Shown: piece by piece, positions 49,597 to 59,652 of the stretch
How positions within the stretch are numbered: position 1 is the stretch's first letter
Layout: every line of letters starts with the position of its first letter
Source: Bdellovibrionota bacterium
GTDB lineage: Bacteria; Bdellovibrionota_G; JALEGL01; DATDPG01
Length of the DNA stretch: 64,000 nucleotides
Assembly (NCBI GenBank): GCA_035292885.1
Contig: DATDPG010000164.1
Span: 1,386-65,385, forward strand
Direction of reading: 5' to 3'
Notes under the pieces: model-generated
What the model saw: only the letters and a program-made list of their open reading frames with translations
Told to the model about the DNA's origin: nothing
Database searches by the model: none
Position numbers and translations under genes: made by a program

Positions 49597-50280
49597 TTAC
49601 CGGGATTTGGATTTTCCGGATTGTTTTACGCTGTTCGCGGGCTTGGTTAGTGTCCTGCTGCAGCAAATGGCGGTGGTCACCGTCGTCAATTTTCCGACGT
49701 GCGCTTGCACCGAAGCGATCGCATGGTTGATCGCGGTCGTCGTGGCGGCATCAACGCTCCCAATCCGAGAATTCGCGTTTTGCAACGCCGCTATCAGATT
49801 GTTGGCCGCCGTCACGGCGGTTCCCGACGTATTCGCAAAGGTTTGTGTGAGATAATTTTCAGATTTGCATTGAACGATCGTGGGATCGTTGAACGTGTCA
49901 TTTATCTCGTCGCTTACCGCCTCGGAGAGGTCCCCATCCGAATCGGTGTCTTGTTCGCTGTAGTCCGCGATCACGTTGTTTGCCGCATCCAGGGCGTCCT
50001 CCGCATACTCGCTTTCGCTGAACTCGCTGTTATGCGTATTGTCCGATTCCAAAAGCGCCAATTCATTTAGGATATCGGTCGACGTAGCCGTGGATTCGCT
50101 TATAACATCCGCCGCCTGAAGCGTCAGATCGTCGATGGCGTCCTGAGTGAGGTTCGGACATGGCTCCTGTGCCTGGGCGCCAGAGAGCGTCAACAGAAAT
50201 CCGACGCTGCACGCGATGGACGCTGCGGATGGTAGGCGTTTTCCTCTAGTCGCTTTCCGATTTTTCGCAAATGGGTTCAT
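49597..50280 (-). CDS. secreted acidic protein, hypothetical
   Basis: Signal peptide (LTLSGAQAQE). Asp/Glu/Ser-rich middle. 227 aa. Downstream of the 907-aa gene in the same operon. Confidence 0.4.
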   Translation of the reverse strand: MNPFAKNRKATRGKRLPSAASIACSVGFLLTLSGAQAQEPCPNLTQDAIDDLTLQAADVISESTATSTDILNELALLESDNTHNSEFSESEYAEDALDAANNVIADYSEQDTDSDGDLSEAVSDEINDTFNDPTIVQCKSENYLTQTFANTSGTAVTAANNLIAALQNANSRIGSVDAATTTAINHAIASVQAHVGKLTTVTTAICCSRTLTKPANSVKQSGKSKSR

Positions 50281-50296
50281 CTTTCAATCCTCCGAT

Positions 50297-53020
50297 CTAG
50301 ATGTTGCAACGACAATATTGGAAAGTATCTTTGCAGCCCGCCTTGCAGGACGCTTTGGCGTCTTTGCATTGCTGTTTGCATGCTTGTTTGGTGTCCTTGC
50401 ACGTTTGCTTGCAATCCCGCTTGGTTTGTCGGCAGGTCTGTTTGCACTCCCGTTTGTCCTGTCTACACTCCCTCCGGCACTTTCTGCGCTGCGACCCCGT
50501 GTACTGATCGCAGTTGGCGTAGCATGTGTCTTTGGTATTTACGCATGAAGTGGAGCAGCTCGCCTTTTGTGTTTCACAGGTTTGAACGCACAGACCTTTC
50601 ACAGTCTTGCAGTCGCTCTTGCAGGACTGGAACGAGTCTCTGCACCCCGTTCGGCAGGTGTGGCGATTCGGCTTACAACTTTGTTTCTGTTGGCGGTACG
50701 CGCGTTTCCGATCTTTTTTGGATACGTACGCTTGAATGCCGGAAAGATCCGATGGGGCCGTTGCCACAGGGCCGGTCCGAGGTCCGATACTTCGTTCCCA
50801 CATACGAATGAATTTCTCCGATGAATTTTCGATGTTCGTCGTGTCGATTCCGAAATTGTCGAGCTGATGTACCAGATCCGGGAGGAGCCCCTCGTGGCCG
50901 AGACCCAGGATATCGAACTCGGTCCCGACGCCGTTAAAGGACCGTTTGCATTCCGCTCGAGCCTGACAGCGGCTTTCTCTCCGGATACCGCTTCCGGAGC
51001 AGGGATCGGTTTTTCCATACGTCTCGCAGGCGTCGGTGTTTCCATACCGCGGGCGGGTCTGTGTGATGAAACCGTTAAGGTCCGTGGCGAAAGCGATGTC
51101 GACGTTTAATCCGTTGCGCCCCAAGGCATACGCTTGCGCAAATGATTTAGCGGATCCGTGACAGTCGTTCGGAACCAAGGCTGGCTGATAGTGAAGAACT
51201 TCTTCATTAGCCGTTCGAAGGCCGAAAATTCCTCCCGTCTCCTTCACAATGTCTACGATGTTCGCGGGTGTCGTTTTCTCTTCCAACTGCTTTTTTGGTG
51301 TCATGATCTCGCGGAAGTGACCGTGGGACATGAAGAGGGGGTAATAGTTTCTCGCGACGGAGATGTTATAGATTTCGTTCACAGCGTTCTCGGATACATG
51401 GGAGAGATCGATGAGCATCCCGAGATTCATCATCTCGTTGACCAGGGCGACACCGTCCGCCGTAAGGCCCTTTACGTTCTTGCAACTTGAGTCAAGATCA
51501 AAACCGAAGGGATATCGATCCGAACAGTCTGTTTCGATGTGACACGTGTCCATGAATTCGCCGATGAAGAAAACGGTGTGATGAGGGGCCGCGCCTGAAA
51601 ACTGATTGTCGAATTGGTGCACCGGCTGAACCGATCGAACGCCCAGGTCGTAAAAACGACGGAGCTCAGCCATATAGTCGGGCGCGCCTTCGAACAGGCG
51701 GGAAGCTTCAATGGCCAGGATGATCGCGAGTTTTCCCTCATGAATGATCCGCCGCGCATCTTGCGGTGTGAGCGCAATCTCGGCCCATGGGTGATTTTGA
51801 ACAAAGTTGTGCGCCATGTTGATCTCTTGTTCGACGGCGAACATCTCATCGCAGAAGGGGTTGAATAGCGTCGGCGGGTTCAGATTACACAAAAAAGCGT
51901 TATCGACGGCTGACATGACCATTAACGAAAGTCCCCGGTCGTGCGCCTGCTTTAACCACCCCTCCCAAACTTGCTGGTGAGCCGAGACATCCCAACGGGG
52001 CCAGCCGGTATACGTCGGATAGCCGAACGTTCGCAAAAGGTGAAAGCCTGTGTCTTTCCCCAAAATTTCGGAAAGTACGAAGTCCAGCACGTGGATTAAA
52101 ATCGTTGTCGCGTGAGCGCACGGATTGAGCGCTGTCAGACGCTCCAAGAACATTCGACCATGGCTAAAACCGTCGCATGGCGCGAGAGCGATATCCTCGG
52201 GTCCAGCGGCGTTTCCCCAAAGCCAGTTCCCGCCGAAGGCGAGTTCGGAAAACGTGTGAATGTGCGTATCGGCAAACCCAGGGACCGGACTCAGCGCGGC
52301 CGCTTGGTTCGACAGGGGGACGCGAAAGATCAGGTACTCTTTGTGATTAAACCCGGGATAGAATGGAGCCGACGCGTGGCTGGTGTCGTTTCCACTGTTA
52401 AACCAAATCCAATGTGCGTTGGATGAAATGGCTGGGACTACTGGAAACGGGCTCTCCACGGGAAAGGTTCCGTTGTTTACGCCCCCGATCGTCGGGATTC
52501 GCCATTTGAGATTCGTATCCGCGTCGCCGGCGATCGAGCGAATGTCCGCCGAACCGGGCCCCTGTGAGGGAAACGGCTGGTCAAGATCAATGAGAGAGGG
52601 GACCACCTGGACCAATGGGTCCCCGCTCAAAATCATCTTACGGTTGACCTGAATTTGAAACAGGAGGCCCTGCGTGCCGACATCGTCGCCCCAAGCGGTA
52701 ATGTAAAGGAAAGGATCGTTGGTAACGATGGACGCCGCGGCGGCGCTCCCGGCCGACGCATTTCCGCCGCTGACCGGCGTGATCGATCCATTGGCCGATT
52801 GGGTGAACAAGGCGAACGAGTCGAAGCCCATGACTTGAGTCTGAACATTCAGCCCCCCTCCGCCGCCAGGCCCGTTAGGGTTATGCTTCTGGGTGTTGCC
52901 AGCGACCGTCGCGGCACGGACGCCGAGACCGTTCGTGAAGGCGAATGCGACGATTAACCATCCAAGAAGGGGTAGAAAAACGCCCACGAGCGGTCTCTTC
53001 GGTTGCCGAGGAGGGCGCAT
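50297..53020 (-). CDS. large secreted protein: N-terminal unknown domain, central putative metal-dependent hydrolase-like region, C-terminal Cys/Lys 11-residue ladder (~13 repeats of C-x3-C-x6)
   Basis: Signal peptide. ...CKPNRHTCRTGCRDSFQSCKSDCKTVKGLCVQTC...CKQTCRQTKRDCKQTCKDTKQACKQQCKDAKASCKAGCKDT tail with strict 4/7 Cys spacing. Confidence 0.5.
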   Translation of the reverse strand: MRPPRQPKRPLVGVFLPLLGWLIVAFAFTNGLGVRAATVAGNTQKHNPNGPGGGGGLNVQTQVMGFDSFALFTQSANGSITPVSGGNASAGSAAAASIVTNDPFLYITAWGDDVGTQGLLFQIQVNRKMILSGDPLVQVVPSLIDLDQPFPSQGPGSADIRSIAGDADTNLKWRIPTIGGVNNGTFPVESPFPVVPAISSNAHWIWFNSGNDTSHASAPFYPGFNHKEYLIFRVPLSNQAAALSPVPGFADTHIHTFSELAFGGNWLWGNAAGPEDIALAPCDGFSHGRMFLERLTALNPCAHATTILIHVLDFVLSEILGKDTGFHLLRTFGYPTYTGWPRWDVSAHQQVWEGWLKQAHDRGLSLMVMSAVDNAFLCNLNPPTLFNPFCDEMFAVEQEINMAHNFVQNHPWAEIALTPQDARRIIHEGKLAIILAIEASRLFEGAPDYMAELRRFYDLGVRSVQPVHQFDNQFSGAAPHHTVFFIGEFMDTCHIETDCSDRYPFGFDLDSSCKNVKGLTADGVALVNEMMNLGMLIDLSHVSENAVNEIYNISVARNYYPLFMSHGHFREIMTPKKQLEEKTTPANIVDIVKETGGIFGLRTANEEVLHYQPALVPNDCHGSAKSFAQAYALGRNGLNVDIAFATDLNGFITQTRPRYGNTDACETYGKTDPCSGSGIRRESRCQARAECKRSFNGVGTEFDILGLGHEGLLPDLVHQLDNFGIDTTNIENSSEKFIRMWERSIGPRTGPVATAPSDLSGIQAYVSKKDRKRAYRQQKQSCKPNRHTCRTGCRDSFQSCKSDCKTVKGLCVQTCETQKASCSTSCVNTKDTCYANCDQYTGSQRRKCRRECRQDKRECKQTCRQTKRDCKQTCKDTKQACKQQCKDAKASCKAGCKDTFQYCRCNI

Positions 53021-53261
53021 CGGCCTCCCATGTCAAACATGACGCTCCTAGTCAAGGTAAACCTCCTAGGAAATTTCAAGAATCCGGCGGTTGTATTGGG
53101 GCGAGAATGGGTGTGGCCGAGGAGATCGATGGACTCCGCGATGTCCGAGCGATTTCGGTCAAGGTGCGAAACCACACGCTTTGGATTCGCATCGATATCC
53201 GCTTCGAGGGGCGTCTAAAAGTCTTCCTCGATCAGACGTTCGCGTTGAAAGACGCCGCGAA

Positions 53262-53341
53262 AGCTCATCGCCGAATTGAAGAGCGGAAGTCTTTCGGAAA
53301 AATCGTGTTGATCCCGTAGATCCGGTTCCCGCTACCGATAC
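53262..53341. repeat. 80-bp direct repeat (copy 2), duplicated MDR 3' end
   Basis: 78/80 identity to 49481-49560. Upstream ~65 nt still encode ...FEGRLKVFLDQTFALKDAAKAHRRIEERKSFGKIVLIP, a diverged copy of the MDR C-terminus. Abuts the relE stop. Confidence 0.75.
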
Positions 53342-53589
53342 ACTTCACTCCGATGGGCGATCTTCACGACGTCCACAACTTTGCGGGCGTCATCGACAGC
53401 ATAGACGACTCGATAAGGTCCTTGTCTCAGCCGGTATTTTTCCTCGCCTGAAAGCTTCTGCGAGCCGGGCGGCCGGGGATTCAAAGATAAGCCTTCGATT
53501 CGCGCGACGATCTGTTGAACAATTTTCTTTGGAAAACCCTCGAGCTCCTTGAGCGCCGATGGCTTGATGGAGAGACTATAATTTTCCAC
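53332..53589 (-). CDS. relE: RelE/ParE-family toxin
   Basis: 85 aa; ...YRLRQGPYRVVYAVDDARKVVDVVKIAHR typical of RelE/StbE. Confidence 0.75.
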   Translation of the reverse strand: MENYSLSIKPSALKELEGFPKKIVQQIVARIEGLSLNPRPPGSQKLSGEEKYRLRQGPYRVVYAVDDARKVVDVVKIAHRSEVYR

Positions 53590-53806
53590 TCGAGCGCAGT
53601 CTCTTCAACGCATCTTCAAACGGGAGGCTCTTCTCTTTTTTGCGCTCGTCGAACGAGGCCAGATCCTCAAGGTCCTCGGAAAGATTGAGCCGAATCACTT
53701 CGTTCACAATCTCCGACACCGATTTTTCAATCTCGGCGGCCTTGAGTTTCAGGGCTTTATGAAGGTCGCGATCAAAGTAAATGGTCGTTCTCGAAGTGTT
53801 TGCCAT
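53576..53806 (-). CDS. ribbon-helix-helix (CopG/Arc-type) antitoxin
   Basis: TTIYFDRDLHKALKLKAAEIEKSVSEIVNEVI RHH pattern. Overlaps relE by 14 nt. Confidence 0.7.
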   Translation of the reverse strand: MANTSRTTIYFDRDLHKALKLKAAEIEKSVSEIVNEVIRLNLSEDLEDLASFDERKKEKSLPFEDALKRLRSSGKL

Positions 53807-53874
53807 TAAAATTCATTAAAGCATCATAGCCTTATAACGTCAAGACGCTTGAATGTCTTAAGAATATCCCGGCC

Positions 53875-55053
53875 TTAGCGCTCAAACAAAGCGGCGATCC
53901 CCATTCCGCCGCTCACGCACAACGTGGCGATTCCGCGCTTGGCGTTCAGAATTTCCATCTCGTGAAGAAGCGTTGTGACGATACGAGCCCCCGTAGCGCC
54001 GATCGGATGACCGAGGGCGATGGCCCCGCCGGAGACATTTACCTTCGACAAATCGAGCTCGAGATGTTTGGCGCAGGCCAAAACCTGTCCCGCAAAGGCT
54101 TCGTTGAGTTCAATGAGGTCGATTTCTCTGAGCTTTAACTGCGTCTTGGCCAGAAGTTTCTCGACGGCCGAGACCGGACCGATCCCCATGATCGACGGAT
54201 CAACGCCGACCGTGGCGTGGGCCACAAGACGAGCCATCGGCTTCAGACCTAACTTCTTAGCCTTTTCCGCCGTAGTCACGATGCATGCCGCTGCGCCATC
54301 CGTAATTCCGGAGGAATTCCCGGCATGGACCGAACCGTCCTTGACGAAGACCGGGGGAAGTTTCGCCATCGATTCCACAGTGGAGTCCGGCCGGGGATGT
54401 TCATCCTTCGTGACCATCTTTATCCCGCCCTTTGCGGCGACTTCGACCGGCGCGATTTCCCGATTCCAACGGCCCGACTGATCCGCGGCGAGCCATTTTT
54501 TCTGGCTTTCGGCGGCATACGCATCTTGATCCGCCCGAGTGATCCCTTCTTGGCGGACCAGCTTCTCCGCAGTCTCCCCCATCACCATTCCGCAGAGCGG
54601 GCAAAGAAATCCATCGCGGTACATTCCGTCGACGACTTCCGAATGGCCCATCCGGTAACCCCATCGGGCGCCCGTGAGAAGGTACGGCGTGTTCGACATC
54701 GATTCCGTTCCGCCGGCTAAAACCACTTCAGCCTCGCCGGTTTGAATCGACTGAGCCGCGTTTACAATGGCCCGAAGTCCGGAGGCACAAGCCTGATTGA
54801 CCGTATACGCCGGAACCGCATCGGATAAGCCTGCGAGACGAACAATTCGGCGGGCGGTATTTGGGCCACCTCCCGCCTGTCGGGCATGGCCGAAAATACA
54901 GAGGTTTATTTTGTCAGGCGTGATTCCGGAAACGGAAATTGTGCTGCATCCGACACTTCCGCCTAGTTGCGCTGCAGACAGGGAGGCCAAACCCCCGCCG
55001 AACTTACCGATCGGCGTTCGGCCTGCCCCGACAATGACGATATCGTGGGTCAC
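53875..55053 (-). CDS. acetyl-CoA C-acetyltransferase (thiolase II)
   Basis: Thiolase active-site regions (NQACASGL, GNSSGITDGAAA, CVSGGMGIA). Confidence 0.9.
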   Translation of the reverse strand: MTHDIVIVGAGRTPIGKFGGGLASLSAAQLGGSVGCSTISVSGITPDKINLCIFGHARQAGGGPNTARRIVRLAGLSDAVPAYTVNQACASGLRAIVNAAQSIQTGEAEVVLAGGTESMSNTPYLLTGARWGYRMGHSEVVDGMYRDGFLCPLCGMVMGETAEKLVRQEGITRADQDAYAAESQKKWLAADQSGRWNREIAPVEVAAKGGIKMVTKDEHPRPDSTVESMAKLPPVFVKDGSVHAGNSSGITDGAAACIVTTAEKAKKLGLKPMARLVAHATVGVDPSIMGIGPVSAVEKLLAKTQLKLREIDLIELNEAFAGQVLACAKHLELDLSKVNVSGGAIALGHPIGATGARIVTTLLHEMEILNAKRGIATLCVSGGMGIAALFER

Positions 55054-55078
55054 ACGACCGGAGATGGCCCTTGCGGAA

Positions 55079-56518
55079 TCACGTCAAATCGACCCAAACC
55101 GTTTTCGTTTGCGTGTACATCTCCAGAGCCTGAATTCCCAATTCGCGTCCGTAGCCCGACTGCTTGTAACCTCCGAACGGCGACGCCGCATCGTACTGAT
55201 TGTACGTATTGATCCAAACGGTCCCGGCTTTCACCTTTTTTGCAAACGCGTGCGCCTTCTTGATGTCGCGCGTCCATACCGCGGAAGCCAAGCCGTAAAT
55301 CGTATCGTTCGCCTTGGCCACGGCGTCGTCCACGTCATTGAACGGAATCGTCGCCAGCACCGGACCAAAGATCTCCTCTTGAGCGATCCTCATCTTGTTG
55401 TCGACCTGATCAAAGACCGTCGGCTTCAGGTAGTACCCCTTCCCTCCGACCTTGACCGACTCTCCACCGGAGACCAATTTGGCCCCCTCTTTCTTGCCGA
55501 TGTCGATGTACTCCAGCACTTTATCCATCTGTTTCTTGGCGACGATGGCTCCCATCCGCGTCTTTGGATCCATCGGATCCGCCGGCTGCAACTTTTCAAC
55601 GCGGGACAAAAGCTTATCCATAAACTGTTCATGCACTTTCGCTTCCACAAAAAGGCGCGAACCCGCGGCGCAGACTTCGCCTTTGCCGTAGAAAATTCCG
55701 ATCGACGCCCCCTTGGCCGCGGCGTCCAGATCGGCGTCGGCAAAGACAACGTTCGGTGACTTGCCGCCCAATTCGAGGGAGATTTTCTTAAGCGTATCCG
55801 CCCCCGATTTCATGATCGACTTGCCGGTGTTGGTTTCCCCCGTAAACGCAATTTTGTCGACGCCCGGGTGATTCGCCAGAGCCATGCCGATCGTTCCGCC
55901 CGGACCGGTGATGACGTTCATCACGCCATCGGGGAGGCCGGCTTCTTGGCAGATCTCCCCGAGTTTAAGCGCCGTCAGAGGCGTCCAGGACGCCGGCTTC
56001 AGAATGACCGTATTCCCCATCGCCAGCGCCGGCGCCACCTTCCAGGCCGCTAGGAGTAACGGAAAATTCCAAGGCGTAATCGCCGCCACGACGCCGATCG
56101 GTTCGCGAAGCGTGTAATTGAACGAGTTCGGTCCGATCGGGATCGTCTCGCCGCAGAACTTCGTCGCCCAGCCCGCGTAATACTGAAAACAGTCGGCCGT
56201 TACCGGGACGTCGATGTATCGGGATTCAAAAATCGGCTTCCCGTTGTCTGCGGTCTCCAGAGAGGCGACTTCGTCGACTTTGTGCATGAGAAGCTCGCCG
56301 ATCTTCCAAACAATCTTTCCCCGATCTTTGGCGCTCATGGACCCCCAGGGCCCTTCCAATGCAGCCCGCGCCGCCTTCACCGCCCGATCCACATCCTCCA
56401 CCGTAGCCTCGGCGATATCGGTGATTTTTTCTTCCGTGGCGGGATTGATCGTGGGAAACGTCTTCCCCGACGACGAATCGACCCACTTGCCGCCGATCAA
56501 GAGTTTTCGGGCCGTCAT
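55079..56518 (-). CDS. NAD(P)+-dependent aldehyde dehydrogenase
   Basis: ELGGKSP and catalytic Cys region (GEVCAAGSR). Confidence 0.9.
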   Translation of the reverse strand: MTARKLLIGGKWVDSSSGKTFPTINPATEEKITDIAEATVEDVDRAVKAARAALEGPWGSMSAKDRGKIVWKIGELLMHKVDEVASLETADNGKPIFESRYIDVPVTADCFQYYAGWATKFCGETIPIGPNSFNYTLREPIGVVAAITPWNFPLLLAAWKVAPALAMGNTVILKPASWTPLTALKLGEICQEAGLPDGVMNVITGPGGTIGMALANHPGVDKIAFTGETNTGKSIMKSGADTLKKISLELGGKSPNVVFADADLDAAAKGASIGIFYGKGEVCAAGSRLFVEAKVHEQFMDKLLSRVEKLQPADPMDPKTRMGAIVAKKQMDKVLEYIDIGKKEGAKLVSGGESVKVGGKGYYLKPTVFDQVDNKMRIAQEEIFGPVLATIPFNDVDDAVAKANDTIYGLASAVWTRDIKKAHAFAKKVKAGTVWINTYNQYDAASPFGGYKQSGYGRELGIQALEMYTQTKTVWVDLT

Positions 56519-56519
56519 C

Positions 56520-57308
56520 TCACGCGCCTTTAAACCGCGGCGTCCGCTTCTGAATGTAGGCGTTTAAGCCTTCCTTGGCGTCATCCGACTGAAAAAGCTG
56601 TTGTTGAAGTTCGCGCTCAAGGGTTAGCGCCGACTCAAACGGTATCTCCCACCCGCTTTGGACCGACCGTTTGATCCGACCGACGGCTTTAGAAGCTTTG
56701 TTGGGCGGGCAATATTGCTTCCCGTATGCAACCACCCGGTCCAGGAATCCGTCATTCTCGTAAACCGAATTGACGATCCCGAGTTTCATCGCCTCTTCAA
56801 ATTCCATGTTCTGGCCGGAAATCATCATCTCGATGGCCTTCGACTTTCCCACGATTCTTGAAAGACGCTGCGTTCCCCCCGTTCCGGGCAGAACCCCCAG
56901 AGTTATTTCCGGAAGGCCGATTTTCCCGCCGCCTTTTTTGGCGATGCGAAGGTCGCAGGCCATGGCGATCTCAAGCCCGCCTCCCACCGTATGGCCGTTC
57001 AGCGCGGCGATCGTCAGTTTCGGCGTATGTTCCAAACGATTGAGCGTTTCGTTCGCGTGAAGGCAAAAGTAATACTTGAACGTCGGCGTCACGTCCGAAA
57101 GCATTTTGATGTTGGCTCCGGCGGAGAAGAATTTTTCGCCGTGACCGGTAAGCAGCATGACGTGCGCTTCGTCGTCCATCCGAAATTCGAGGATAGCTTT
57201 ATCCAATTCAATCATCATTTCGTGGGTATACGTATTCGCGGGAGGATCGTTCATTTCGACGATCGTCACGCCGCCGTCCTTTCGTGTGTTCACCAACGCT
57301 CCGGTCAT
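56520..57308 (-). CDS. enoyl-CoA hydratase (crotonase family)
   Basis: Crotonase fold, ALNGHTVGGGLEIAMACD. Confidence 0.9.
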   Translation of the reverse strand: MTGALVNTRKDGGVTIVEMNDPPANTYTHEMMIELDKAILEFRMDDEAHVMLLTGHGEKFFSAGANIKMLSDVTPTFKYYFCLHANETLNRLEHTPKLTIAALNGHTVGGGLEIAMACDLRIAKKGGGKIGLPEITLGVLPGTGGTQRLSRIVGKSKAIEMMISGQNMEFEEAMKLGIVNSVYENDGFLDRVVAYGKQYCPPNKASKAVGRIKRSVQSGWEIPFESALTLERELQQQLFQSDDAKEGLNAYIQKRTPRFKGA

Positions 57309-57424
57309 GTCACCTCTCCTTTGTTTTGTTCAAACGACTGCCTACTTTAATGTCGCAAAAATTCTTTACAAGTGCTTCGCAACTGACTAGGTAACTCTTT
57401 GCATCAAAACGATTTCTGTTCGTC

Positions 57425-58402
57425 ATGAGCAACCCACCGATCACCACATTCATGAAAACGCATTTTCGGCACTTCAACGCCGCTCGCGTCGTTGAAGCGT
57501 CGGAAGCGTACAAACACCACCTCGACCGGGGTGGCAAGATGTTTTTGGCCTTGGCGGGTGCGATGAGCACGGCTGAGCTGGGGATCTCGCTGGCCGAAAT
57601 GATCCGGAAAGGGAAAATTCACGCGATTTCCTGCACCGGAGCGAATCTTGAGGAAGATCTTTTCAACCTCGTCGCGCATGAACATTACGTAAAACTTCCG
57701 AACTACCGGGAGCTCACCCCGAAAGATGAGGAAAAATTATTGGGCCGGGGGCTCAACCGGGTCACGGACACCTGCATCCCGGAAGAAGAGGCGATGCGCC
57801 GAATCGAGAACATCATCGCCGACGAATGGGAAACCGCCGATAAGAAAGGGGAGTCCTATTTCCCGCACGAATTTGTCTATCGAGTTGTCAACGAAGGGAA
57901 ACTGAAAAAGAATTACCAGATCGATCCGCAAGCGAGCTGGGTTGTCGCGGCCGCCGAGAAAAACATCCCCCTCTTCGTACCCGGGTGGGAAGATTCCACG
58001 CTCGGGAATTTTTTCGCCGCCCGTTGTATTTCGAAAAAGATCAAGAATCCCCGATGCATGCGCTCCGGAATCGAGACGATGATGGAACTTTCCGACTGGT
58101 ATTCCAAAGCGAGCCGGGAGAATTCCATCGGATTTTTCCAGATTGGCGGAGGCATCGCCGGAGATTTCCCGATCTGCGTCGTCCCGATGCTTCACCAGGA
58201 TCTCAAAAAGACGAATATCCCGGTGTGGGGCTATTTCTGTCAGATCAGCGACTCGACCACGAGTTACGGTTCGTATTCCGGCGCCGTTCCGAACGAAAAG
58301 ATCACATGGGGGAAGCTCGCCTCCGACACCCCCCGATTCATCATCGAATCGGATGCCACGATCGTGGCCCCGTTGGTTTTCGCGTACGTGCTGGGTTGGT
58401 AA
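57425..58402 (+). CDS. deoxyhypusine synthase-like protein (homospermidine-synthase-like)
   Basis: DHS family pattern (AISCTGANLEEDLF, NAD-binding core); 325 aa. Confidence 0.8.
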   Translation: MSNPPITTFMKTHFRHFNAARVVEASEAYKHHLDRGGKMFLALAGAMSTAELGISLAEMIRKGKIHAISCTGANLEEDLFNLVAHEHYVKLPNYRELTPKDEEKLLGRGLNRVTDTCIPEEEAMRRIENIIADEWETADKKGESYFPHEFVYRVVNEGKLKKNYQIDPQASWVVAAAEKNIPLFVPGWEDSTLGNFFAARCISKKIKNPRCMRSGIETMMELSDWYSKASRENSIGFFQIGGGIAGDFPICVVPMLHQDLKKTNIPVWGYFCQISDSTTSYGSYSGAVPNEKITWGKLASDTPRFIIESDATIVAPLVFAYVLGW

Positions 58403-58443
58403 GCCGCTCGTTCAGCGTTTTGGCCTACGCGGCAACCCTGTCC

Positions 58444-58899
58444 TCATGCGGCACGTCGAACGTCGCTTGAAAGTAACGGTTGAACTTGAATCTGTGCTTT
58501 GACGCCGAAAACGGCGAGGGTCCTCTCCAGTGTTTCAACGGACGGATTTCCCGTACCTCGCTCCAATTTTTCATACGCCTGTCTTGAAATTCTTAACTTG
58601 TTAGCTACGAGTCGGGTCGTCCATCCCTTCTCTCGACGCAGCTTTCGCAAAAGAAGAGCGATACCAATTTCAAGAGATACGGGAATAAGATGAGTTTCCC
58701 GTTTTCTGGAGTACCGGCGAGGAACCGGCAGATCAAGACCACGGTTCAGGTCTTCGAGCAGACACCCTTCCAGCGCCTCGCGGGCCGACGTTAACGCACA
58801 ATCGAATGACTCCGCGTAGGTAAAGACATTGGGGAGGCCGGGGAAAGTTACCCGATATCCCTTTCCTTCTTTCCGAATTTTCGCCTCGAAATACATCAT
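58444..58899 (-). CDS. hicB: HicB-family antitoxin with XRE HTH
   Basis: YFEAKIRKEGKGYRVTFPGLPNVFTYAESFDCAL (HicB fold) plus C-terminal HTH. Confidence 0.7.
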   Translation of the reverse strand: MMYFEAKIRKEGKGYRVTFPGLPNVFTYAESFDCALTSAREALEGCLLEDLNRGLDLPVPRRYSRKRETHLIPVSLEIGIALLLRKLRREKGWTTRLVANKLRISRQAYEKLERGTGNPSVETLERTLAVFGVKAQIQVQPLLSSDVRRAA

Positions 58900-59114
58900 T
58901 CTCCTACCTTCCATTTGATTCCTAACTGCTTGAGGATCACCCTAACAAACGACCGTGGGAACTCTCCCACATGACTCGAAATCGGAACGGAGCGATAGCC
59001 TTCTTTCGTCATTATCCAGTGACCTCCCGATGTCCGGGCATGTTTCCAGCCGTGCTCCTCCGCCAGCTTTTTAAGATCGCGGGGTTTCAACGATGGAACT
59101 TTCATAGTATGCAA
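58896..59114 (-). CDS. hicA: HicA-family toxin
   Basis: 72 aa, HGWKHARTSGGHWIMTKEGYRSVPISSH. Confidence 0.75.
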   Translation of the reverse strand: MHTMKVPSLKPRDLKKLAEEHGWKHARTSGGHWIMTKEGYRSVPISSHVGEFPRSFVRVILKQLGIKWKVGE

Positions 59115-59159
59115 CTTTTAGGTTGCCAAGTCAAATCCACAATGACCCACCCCCTTCGC

Positions 59160-59621
59160 CTATCTCAAGCCATAGAAACAGAGAAGCGCCGCCCAACCAG
59201 AAGGCAACGTTTCCGGAGGCTTCTCCAATTCCGTTCCGTATTTGACCGCCATTTCCAAAAAATATTTGGCGTGGAAAAAAGCTTCGACAATCGGCCTTGT
59301 GTGCTGCGTCCAGTTCTGATTATGTTCGTTCGAAAACTCCTTCCCGGAAGCGCCAGCATTGAGGAGTTCTTCGAATTCCGGGGCAAGCTTGCAGTCCTCC
59401 GGAGCCATTGATCTCAACAGTTCCGAAATCTGCTGAGTTTCTTTCTGAAGAAAATAGACCTTGAACGAATGGTAGTAGAATCGATAAACCGGATCTTCGT
59501 ACCCCCAATGGGAAGCGATCTTCTCCAACTTCGCCTTTAACTCAGGCAGCTTTCTTTTCAGGTTCGCAAGGAGTTCCGCTTCCTTCTTCGCGAGACTTTC
59601 ACCGGATGCGGTCATACTCAT
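59160..59621 (-). CDS. hypothetical protein downstream of nth
   Basis: Start taken at the internal Met (MSMTASGES...) to avoid overlap with nth. No recognisable motifs. Confidence 0.3.
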   Translation of the reverse strand: MSMTASGESLAKKEAELLANLKRKLPELKAKLEKIASHWGYEDPVYRFYYHSFKVYFLQKETQQISELLRSMAPEDCKLAPEFEELLNAGASGKEFSNEHNQNWTQHTRPIVEAFFHAKYFLEMAVKYGTELEKPPETLPSGWAALLCFYGLR

Positions 59622-59652
59622 TCCGATCGGGCCCTCGTTGGCAAATGTGCTG

